Assembly (NCBI GenBank): GCA_905178155.1
Contig: CAJINV010000026.1
Location: 340,497-404,496 of the forward strand
DNA from: Amoebophrya sp. A120
Taxonomy: Eukaryota; Protista; Dinoflagellata
Length of the DNA: 64,000 nt
Direction: 5' to 3'
Part shown: piece by piece, positions 37,773 through 48,800 of the stretch
Position numbering within the stretch: position 1 is the stretch's first letter
Layout of the letters: every line of letters starts with the position of its first letter
Notes under the pieces: model-generated
What the model saw: only the letters and a program-made list of their open reading frames with translations
Told to the model about the DNA's origin: nothing
The model's database searches: none
Position numbers and translations under genes: made by a program

Positions 37773-39442
37773 CGTTTTTGATCTTTAGCGAGATGTAAGA
37801 TGGCCGCTGCGATAACGAAACGCGGCCTGTTATTGACCGCCCTCAGTCAATGGTCAAGCTCTCCACACTTGAAAAAAACTATCTATATATATGTTGCGAA
37901 AAAAAAAATCTCACACGAGCAGTGCTTATTTGCCGAAGCGATGTAGAATTCTAAACAACCCCTCTGTGGTAAGCCGCACAATAAAATGAGCAAGCTCCGC
38001 AATCTGGGACTGAAGGGCCTCCACAAGCTGAAAATGATCAGCGATTCAAGAAACACTCTGTAAAGTGCTGTCTGTATGTAAATCTTCGCGTTGCCGGTTC
38101 GATTTGTAAAACATACAATTGCTACAACCAGAGCAAACTCTTTCAAACCTGCGATTGCTTCTCAGAAAGGGTTACAAAAATGCTTTATGAGAGTCGGGTG
38201 GTGGAGATCCCAGAGGACTTCTTTGGCAGATGGTTTGGGTCTTTCCTACACATGATTTCAGATCACGTTACTGCATGTAGGATTTCAGATCGCGTCACTT
38301 CGTAGTCGGTTACTTCGATTTCGATACTCCGAAGAATTCCATCAATGAATCGTCTGGCGTTAGTTTTACATCCAGCGAGAAGGGGAGTCGATGCACTTAG
38401 TCTTGCAAATCACCGACGGACTGATCAGTTGCGATTTCATGTTTTGTTCTCCTGCATGATACTTTTCGTGATCCTGGACAGATATTAGTTGATCCTGCAA
38501 TTCTACGTACTCGATTGCGGGTCATTAGCGTCCCTAAAATTTTTCTAGCTTGAGGGCGGTAGCATTGGTGCAATTACTGATCTGGATCTAGACCTACACC
38601 TACTATCAAAGGGATGTAGAGCACACGAAGTAGCGCTGATAAGAAAATCACGCCAAATTCACTTTTTGAATCTATCGGACGGCATTCGTAGTCGGCCCCG
38701 CTTTTCCCAGCGTGCCTTCGTCAGCAGGTATAAACACTTTTGAAATTTTTCAGGTCGGATGACAGACCTAAATTAACATGTATCTTGACCAAATGTTAGT
38801 ACGCAAATTTGCTGCGCATGCCCACGCGCCAGCAGCGTATCATACAATACATATTCAACAGTATATTTTGCACAGATTGACGGCTAGAGCCGCAAATGCA
38901 GATGGCCTCGGCAAACGGTCCTTCCAGCTAGATCTGCTATTCTTAAACCGCAAGTTTTTTCACTTCCTTTGTACATACATTTCTACAACATATTCATACA
39001 AGCAATACAGGGAGTCCTTCTCCATCTTGCAGGCATCATACATAGCTAGAATATCATACATTTCCTCCGAAACTTTCGGCCCGCAGCTGCAACACTCACA
39101 CATTGCAAGATAATATTTGGATCGTGCGCAAAATGCATTGATAGTAGACCCATCGACTTAAGAGTTGTTTTCTAAAACTCTAAAAACCGTGTGGCCACAA
39201 TTTCCGGGTGAGTTGGTTTGTTGTAAAATCAGTCTGAACAACTACAACAGCAAATAGGGCAGAGCAAAAATTACCGATCACGTTTCTAATATCAAAATAA
39301 ACGCGTATGTGCCGTTAAGACTCTCAATACAAACAGCTTCATCTAGTCCCATCAAGCGTCCCTCAAGTCAAATCACGGAAGTGTCACTTTACCACACCAC
39401 AAGAGTAACCCGAGCTATAAATCTATCCTTCAATGCAGCTCT

Positions 39443-41794
39443 CTAAGCGCTGTCGTAAGTAATCGCCGTGGGTATGGTTACCAAAAACTTTTCCGGGTTT
39501 GACGCAAGCTGCTTCGGAAGTGGGTTGGTTTTGCTGTAGCCTTGGTAATAGAAGTGCGTCTGCGGAAGGTGTCTCGCTTGTTCGGTACGCCAATCCCACT
39601 GGAATTGGTTGTATGACCAACGAGTATTGACACCGTCGGAACCCTTCCGCCACCTTTGCGCATATCTACGGAACATCTTGCGAAAAGACGTGTACCAGCC
39701 CGCGTCAACCTTGTATTGCCTCTCGACCTCGGGAAGCCCGTCAAAATAGTCATCTGCTTCACGCTCCGTCATTCCATCTGGCGGAGCTTTTAGGCAGTAA
39801 CCTAGATTTTTGTTTGCAAGTCATATCTTGTTCGGACGGGGGGAGGTACGGGCCATCAGCGAGAGATTGCGCTCACTGCCAAGCGGCAATCGCCCCACGT
39901 GTAAAGAAGCATCGACCAGAATCTAGGAGTTGACCTTTTTCACAGCAAACGAGCGCTGCAAAGCCATAAGGGCGAACAAGAAATCAAAAAAGCATAGGAG
40001 GTGCTTCCACATAAAATTTTAAGTCGATATTACATATCAAGCCTGCGTCGATTACAAATTGAAAACGAATCATCTCTTGATACCATGCTTCACCAAGTAG
40101 TTCCAAGTATCGTAAGTTTGAGTGTGTCTCTGGAAGAGAAGCTCGGTCGCCATTGCCAAGCGGCATCTACTGTCCAAACGGTCGCGATAAAGATTGTTCT
40201 GGCGCGCATTTTGTGCGGCTCTAATTCCGAACGCGTACCGGGTCGATGGATTCCAGACGACGACTTTTTTCTGATTGTTCCCCCCACTAACAGTTGCCTG
40301 CGGCTGCTCTTGCGCAAGTGACATAGGTCCGGATGCTGCATCTGCAACGCCCTCGTGAAAGAAATCTAACACCTCACGAAAGAAGTCTCTGTCTGCAGCG
40401 TGACATCCATGCCGAAGGTTTTGCGGACCGTATCTGCTTCGCAGGTTGCCCTTAACGTTGTCCGTAAAACCATGCCACGTTGCAGGGTTGCAGGTTTCCG
40501 CCGCCATCGTCATCAGAAGGAGGACCTAGGATGGCGTGGATGATTTCAAGTCAAGAAAACGCCGTACCAAAGAAGAAGCCAGAGACGAGGCGCTTCAACC
40601 CTTATGTATGAAACGAAATGAAATCTATCGTCGTGTGATGTAGCTATGTGTGATGAGAAGTAATTCACTGAGCACCATAAAACGCATTTAATTATTTACG
40701 CTCCACTCCGTTTGGCTTGGCGGCTCCCTCTTGTTGTCCGGGAATTCCACGACGCGTTGAAATTTCCGGAGGAAATCGAAGCCCCCGTCTGTCTCTTGGT
40801 TCCAGTAGTAGTTCGGTTTTCGCTGGCCAACTCTTTCTCGCAGCACCTCGAGAAATAAATCTTCGCAGCTCTCCGTGCGTGCTTCCACCATTCGGTTTTT
40901 CTGGTCTTGAGCAATAGCAGCGGTTGCCGCGGCTGCACCCAGCGCGTCTTTTTGCGAGTGCAATTTACTCACCTGCAGTAGGGAAGCCGTATCTTTTGGT
41001 GAAAGGAAGCTCAAAATGCCGTCGCTGTGGTTCAACAGACTGTCCTTTGTTGCCGCCAGCATCAACCCGTCTTCCAAACTTCGGATGTCATCCAGCAGGC
41101 GTCCCGCTGTGAGGCCGGGAACTTGACCTTTCGCTGAATCCTCCTGTGTCCCTGATCTTGGTGTGCAAGTGTCCGCGCTGCAACTTTCTTTGTTCTTCCC
41201 GACGCGATCGGCGGTTAGCGTTACTTGGCTCTCTAAGCCCACAGTGGTTGCTGCAAGCGATGTCGTCGTACCAGTCGAGTGATCTACCCCTGGAACCTGC
41301 CGCAGCGGCTTCTGAACAATCTGCTCCCGCCGGCGAGCACTGGGACCTGGTTGTGTGCCAAAGAATGTCGTTGCGAAAGAAGGTGCACATTGTCGAGAAC
41401 ATCATGATCAAAAAAATTGTAGAAGGCCCTTCTGCTAACTACTTAAGCACAAAACCCGAAGTTGTGGCGCAGACAAACTGTGGCCTAGACGAACTGAAGC
41501 CTCATGATCATTATGCGACAAAACCACAGAAAAATCGACTGCACCACTTCCGTTGGTTGATTTTCTGTTGTGGTCGGAGCACTCGTGCCTGTCAATAATT
41601 TTTTCCGCACGAAGCAGCCCCTTCCCGCGGCCTGTTTTCCTCGCATACCTTCGATGCTCGTTCGCAGGAACCGTAGTTGCAGCGATGCGTGTGGGAGTCG
41701 CGACGACCGGAGCCTTTTGAGGTACTGTCTCACTGGCAAGTCCACCCTGAACCAGTTGCGACAGCAGCGTCCATGCCAGGTGGTGGAGTCGCAT
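39443..41794 (-). CDS. Predicted secreted protein: signal-like N-terminus, F-box-like motif and 'SCEDL' domain (paralog B)
   Basis: MRLHHLAWTLLSQLVQGGLA (41794); ILSFLSPKDTASLLQVSKLH...SCEDLFLEVLRERVGQRKPNYYWN (40688-41242); GCHAADRDFFREVLDFFHE...RCRLAMATELLFQ (40070-40513); RWSYNQFQWDWR (39443-39772). Confidence 0.72.
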
Positions 41795-42885
41795 TTTGGA
41801 GCTGCAATGCTACATGTACTTGTAGCTTGTGCACGGTATTATTTTCTGCAACCAAGCACGAAAAGTCGGAAAAAATATATCAGGGAGATTGCTACACCGG
41901 AATCATCGTAGTTGAGAATCAGAGTACCGACATGGTTTGATCAGTTGTTAAATATCAGACGTTGCACCGTCCGGCGTGCACCCCACTGAAGGAAGAATAA
42001 AACGAAAAAAAAAATTTGCTATATATTGTACAAGTATGTATGAAAGACCACTGGGAGAACGGTGTATTCTTATTGGGTTCAAGACAAAACGAAAATAGAT
42101 GAGTATCTTACAGAAAAATGAATCTAAATCTACCCCACTTTTATGAGTCGCACTACCTGGTGTGTGTCTGACATGGGATAAGTTTGACAAAGGTATTAAA
42201 TCAACATACCGAAGATGACAGGATATCCACACGTAGAGCCAGGAGCTAAGTAGCCAACTCTCGTGTTTGTATGATAATGTCGCTGGAGAAGTCATGTTTT
42301 AACTATTAACTTGCGTCTTCAGGATCGTGAAAATTGTCATTCATTGGGCATAATATGTAACAAAAATAATGCGGCAAAAATAAATTATCAAAATTGATCA
42401 GGACACGCTACCAGTGATTCACTTTTCAAATGGAACATTCCAGATCAATGTAGAATGCCAGCTGCTGGATTCAATAGACATGAAGAAAAACCGCTGAAGC
42501 CGCTCTTTGTTTGGTACTACTCTCATCTAGAGCTGTTGGCTTGCTGAGTAGATACGGAAGATCAGAATCCTTTTTCTCCGCCTTTTGCGCCTTTTGTTGC
42601 AAATAGCCCTCAGCTTCGGATTTGCTGATCGTGGTCTCAAGGATATCGAGGCTCGCCTCGTGCCCCTGCGTCGAACAACTGCAATCACACACACACACAC
42701 ACACAGAAAGAGAGAGACGGTTTACATGATACAACTCATATCAGACTTGATTCACGTAAGTACAGTACAAGGATGATTGAGCAGTGGGCGGCAAAAGTCC
42801 TCATGTGCGCCGCACTGGTCTTCATCTCCCGTTGAGTCTACATGCCTTCGCGCTGCAAAAGAAGCGACGGACTCACCAGCAATCT

Positions 42886-45800
42886 TCACGTGGCAGGCGA
42901 ATCCGCCTCCGAACCTTCCATACGTATCGGCTTGAGGTGCGTCCAAAGCGGATGGAAGGTTTCCATCAGAGGCGGCTCGAGCTCCCTTGGCAGAAAATTC
43001 ATGTATATGTCGTTGATAGGATGGCCCGTGAGATGATGGCGCTCGGCGTTAAAGTACAGCCTGGCATGGTCGCTTCGAATTCTGCGGAATATGGCCCACC
43101 ACTGCATGCTGAGCCACGTCCAGCGAAAGTGGCGATAACTCCACTCCGGCCCAGCACCGGTAGATCGGGTGCGCCAAAATGCCGCGCGTTTGAAAAAATC
43201 CAATTGAAATTTGTGATGCCACTCTGGCGGGACGGGCGACTGCGTGTCCGGGGTGCGGTAGACCCTACCGAGGACGGCTTCCGGCCACATTTCGTTCAAC
43301 TCGCTGCGAGGCTTCGTATTCAGGCAGTACCCTATAATTGGGAGTTGTTGTACATCCAAAATGTATGCCTTCTTTGTCTGTCTATCACATATCTTCATGT
43401 TGTTGACCATCATCTTTTTCGTTGATGGGTTGAAGTCAATGTTAGGGATCGCCATCGTCCTTAAAAACTGCAATTTGGCCGTCATGCGACAGCGGCACTG
43501 CAGAAGTCCGCACGGAATTTTAAATACAAAAAAAGATAAATGGCATTTTTCTGTACCGTAGGGAACGTAAAAGTTCTCCGCGCCGTGACCAGACACTCGT
43601 GGCGAAGCTTGGAACAGATACTCTGCCGCCATTCCGATACGGCATCGGCTCTCCCGTGTCTTCTGGAAATCCAACGCGGTTATGAAACGACACAACGAAA
43701 GAACCATACCTCGCAGTCCGTGAAGGCAGGTTTGCTGCTCTTTTTCGAATGATGTTGAAGATGTCTACAGTACAAACATACTTTGGCAGTTATAGTTCGC
43801 AGAGGCTACCACTAGACCGTCTTGGTTTGGCGGTAGCTGGTGCACTCGTCTATCAGATACTACTTCACCCAAAAGTGTTAGTGCTTTGGCACGCAGGCTG
43901 GCTGGGCAACCCGCCTTCTCAACATCAAGCCGCCCGCTCCCGACACGGACTCCAAGGATGTTCTTTTTTTTTACGTCTCATATTGTCGTCATGCGCATTG
44001 TAAGTGGCACCAACGCGGCGGATCGGATCATCCCACACGACGACCTTGCAGCCATTATCCCCCCTTTGCTGTTCGGCACAGTTACCGTCGTGGTTAGCTG
44101 TGCGAGACCCGTTCCTGACGGACTCGTGAAAGAACTTCCACACCTCAGTGAAAAAGCTCTTGTCACTCTGAGAACAACCTGCGTGCAGACGCTCCGAGCT
44201 ATACTGGGTCACTGCAGGTTTCAAATCGTACCGAAGAGCGGACGTTTGTACTACATCGGCATCGGCGTAGCAATACGGCATCAAAGCCAGAATCGTCGAG
44301 ATCTGTTGCAAATTCGAAAACACCTTTAGAATGCTGCCTTAATTGAGAATGCACTCCAGATAAGACGCACTATATGAAACTGTAATAAGGTGGTGACTGT
44401 TTGGGTCCATTTTCTGAGACCTGGATGGCCCTGGTCACGGGGAAGCCTAGGGTATCGGCCACAAAGATACCTCAGTAGCGCCGGCTACGGGTGAGCTGCT
44501 GTACATTGCTCGTAACTTATATGTTCGAATCGTCAACAAGCTTCTCGAGTAGCAATCATAGTCACCGAGACGAAACCACAAGTCAGATAGATACTTCCAT
44601 TCAATAATTGCCCATGCTTTCATGCAGCATTGAAATTTTGAGGATGAATGGACAAAATAATTCAAGAGCAACTATACCGTCCACTTGTCGCTGCTAAGCA
44701 TTCCCAAAGGCGGCCCCTGGCGGTCTTGAAGCTTCATGGTTAGCGTTCCCCAATGGTCTTACGCGGTACAGTTCAAAAATGTCTTTCGCTGCATCGCCAG
44801 CACCGAAGCAATGCAGAAGTACTAACTGGCGAAAGTTGTAAGTAAGCACTTTCTTGTGCCAGTTGCTGATTCTGTTTCTGATTGGCATTCGCTTGCAACA
44901 AAAATCATATAGAGTCAATACGCACCACTATGTACAAAAATATGAATCTTCACTACGAAGCCTGGGCTTTGCCCTTTTACGTAACCCATAATACCACTTT
45001 ACGTCGCAAACGCGCTACCTCAAAAAACAATGCGGCCATTCGTGGTGTCCACTGGATCGAATTCCCGCAGTTCTTAGTCGAGGCACCAGGACACTTGTAA
45101 ATGCAAAGGTGCTATATCCTTATGCGAGAGCGAGACTTTTTTGCGTGCACATATGACCCAGATCAACTCGGGGGTTCCAGAAGTCCTTGGGCAGTAATTG
45201 TGCCGCGGCTTTTTGGCCCGCCGCGCCATGCCGCAGCTGCTCGAGTAGAACTTCCACAAAGAGATCTTCACAACTGACCTCCGTCGTTTGGCGGTCTTCC
45301 AGGGACGCCACCTGCAGCCCCTCGGCGACATCGAGAAATGAAAGGTCCGCGTGCTCTTCGACATCGCCTATGCGTTCTTCATCATCAGCTGCATCCGAAG
45401 CACCTGGTCCCGTATCTCGGATTGCCGGAGAATTTTGCTGGTTGTGCCCCGCAACCACCTCCCACAGTGGGTCATCTGTAGGAGGTTCGTAGTCGCTCTG
45501 TGCGTCCGACGAATCAGCATCATCATAAGCCGCTTCGTGCTCGATATCTTGTACGAAGGCTTCCGGCCTCACATCGGTGCCTGGACGGATCTCGAGCTGC
45601 CCTAATGGCATCACGGGCGGCAGGCGCGGGGGTGCTGCGCTTGTATCCGTATCTGTTCCAGGAAAAGCCAAGGCGCCCGAGAGGGAGCTAGAGCTGCCTC
45701 CACCGCAAGCGGTTGTTCCGGAAGTTGGAGTGCCGCTCCTCTCCAATGCTGTCTTTTCGCCACCGCCGGCGTCCTGTGCTGCCGCACCGGGCGGCGGTGG

Positions 45801-48800
45801 GTTTCCGCCGGTCGGGTCTGCAGCACCAGCAGCTCCCTCTGCTGTAACATCTGGAGTCAATGCCGGAGGTTCAACAGGACCCGCAATTCTGAAATGCTGC
45901 AGTTGCAGCTCGTGCTCTTGCTGGTTTTCGCCAGTCGGTGCTGCCCCAGAACTTCTTCCTGTTGAATTCAGATCTGAGGCGCCACCTGAAGATCCGCGAG
46001 TTTCAATACCGCCGCCATTTTGTTTCGGCGTCCGTTTCTGATCACTGTTCCCTGTGCCTGAAGCAGCTTGTGGCTGCACTCTGAGACCGCCATCGTGACG
46101 CGGATTTGGCGGCGTTGCATAGTCCGAATCTGAATCTGAATCCGATAAAGGGTCTTCCTCGTCACCTAGTACCACATGAATTGGCTCGAAAGGTAGTTGA
46201 TCGAAAATTTTTTTTTGCTCGTCGCTAAATCTTCTCGGATCAAAATCTGGATACATGTGTATGTCGTTGCGCCCCGGGCGATCGAAGAACATCCTCTGAC
46301 CATCGGTGCGGAAGAGAACTGGTATTGCCCACCACTGGTTCATCAGCCACCGATATCGGAAATGCTGATAGCTCCACTCAGGCCCGATCCCGGTGGACCG
46401 TGCGCGCCAAAAATCAGCTCTCTTGTGAAAGTCGATTTGGAACTTTGAATGCCAATCTGCCGGCACCGGTGAGTCCGCTGACGGTGTATTGAAAAACCTA
46501 GCGACTTCGAGCTCGGGCCAGTGCTTTTGCAGATCCTTCTTTGGGCTTGTGTTTAGGCAGTATCCTGTTTAGATGAGAAAAAGAAAAGTCCATGGAACGA
46601 TACCAAGAAAGACGTATACGTCGTTACCCAGTAGCACTATCACTGGCATTCGAGCAAATATAGCACATCAAGCAGGAGTTTGAAAAAAGATACACGGTCA
46701 CATGTACTAAAACTATTTACAAGCGCAGAAAAAAATGATAAAAAGGCCCGCACATATTGCAATGACGAACCTCGGCCAACAAGATGATACCGTAAGGAAC
46801 GTAGAAAAAGGTGGCCGTATAGCAAGAAACGGTACTCGACGCTTGAAAAAGGTACTCAGCAACCATTCCCACGCGGCACCGTTGCTCTCGGATCTTTCCG
46901 TCCCAGGAGCGGCGTATGGAATTTCGCAAAAGACATGCTTCGTCAGCGAAATGCGTCCATCGGCGCCACTCGTTCGGCCGAATAGCTGTATGGATCCCAT
47001 CTCTCGTACTATCAAACCCGTGAGAACAAGAGCAATTGAGGATCTATAAACCGACCTGCCGGTCGGGATAAAAAAAAACAAAAAATGCTGGTCGGGATAA
47101 AAAACAACACGCTACAAGCAAGTCGACCAAAGCCGATCGAGTCAAGAACGCACTTTCGATAGAGTGAGTAGATCTTTTGCATTTGATACCAGCTGTCTCG
47201 AGGTCGGGACCGCTTGCGGCACTTCCAAAGAACCCTTGCCTTGATGGATCATCCCACACTACAACCTTCAACATGTCTTCCGGGCGCTGGCCATCCACAA
47301 GAGTTGTGCTGTCACCTCGTCTAACCCTGTCATCTGTCGCTGAGGTATGCACAGGCTCATGGAAAAAATCCCAGACAGCAGAAAAGAAGTTCTTATCACT
47401 ACGTGCACAGCCCGCGCTCAACCGGTCTGAGGTGTAGTGCAACACCGCTGGCTTCACAAGGCTTCTATAAAGGTCTCGCACAACCCCGACACCAGTATAG
47501 CAATACGGCATCAAGGCCATGATTGTTGCAACCTGTAAAAGTTGAATTTTGTGGAAAGAAAATTTTAGTTCTCTATGCCCCCGGACCGAACGTGGGACCA
47601 AAATACATGGTCAGAAAAATACTGATAGAAGCACGATCTACTCATTGCCGTTGCAGTTGTGTGTGTCCTTTCTCTGTTGCAATTGAGGTCAAGAGCAAGA
47701 CAGAAATGCACACCAACCACACGCGATACCTTCCATGTACTGCCGTCGAGCGTATTCGAAGGCAAAGGCGGCCGATGTTGAGTCGACCTCGACAGTATTT
47801 CTCTTACGTGCCCGATAAGATCGTAGAGTATGCAGAGGAGAAACTGCCCTCGTCGCCATGCTCTGTAGCCACAAATGCAAAGACCCTATGAATTCACTTC
47901 CATGAAGCCAACCAAGCTCTCGCCATCCAGCTCAACTCCCCAGTAAACATGGGAAAGCCTGAACAATCTTGAAAAAAAATGTTCGACGTCGATGGAAAAC
48001 ATGCAAAGAGAGTGTGAAATACGAGTATGGTAGGACAAGATTCTTCTCTCTCCATATGACCTTGATCTACATCAGTATTCCAGAAATCTTTTGGCTTGTA
48101 ACCCGACATCGCTCCGTTATTCACAGTTTGCAGCTTCTCTTCGAGAAATTCCACAAACAGGTCCTCACAGCTCACCGTCTCCGTTTGCCGCTCCCCCAGT
48201 GACGCCACCTGTAACTCGGCTAGCCTCGTTGGCGGAGGGCGTATCGGTGGACTTCCACTGTCAGTTGCTGCGCCAGGAATAGTGACAATGGAAGAGGATG
48301 AAGCGCTAGAGCTGCCTCCACCAGAAGCGGTACTTCCGGGAGTTGGGGTGCCGGTCCGCTCAAATGTCGCTTTTGCGCCACTGCCGCCGTCCCGCGCTGC
48401 CGCACCTGGCTGCGGTGGGTTTCCGCCGGTCGGGGCTGCAGCACCAGCAGCTCCTCCTGATGTAACATCGGACGGCACACCTCCTGATCCTGTACTTCCG
48501 CGTCTTTCGGGACTCGCTGTGCGAAATGAGCTTCGTGAAATCGAACCTGGAGGGCTCAGACTTCGTGAGCGCGGTGTCGCACTTTGCTCGCCTCTGAATA
48601 CGCTTTCAGACACGCCACTTTGTGATGCTGGGCCGCTTGCTCCAAGAACACCAGTTCCCTCTTGCGCTGTAGGTTCGGCACCATCGCTGCTGCCACCATC
48701 CTGGGGCCGACGGGGCGAACTCGTCGTACTGGCACTAGCGGAAGATAAACTACCTTCGCGACGACCTTGCTGCTGTTCCGGCGGGTTTTGATCCCCGTTC

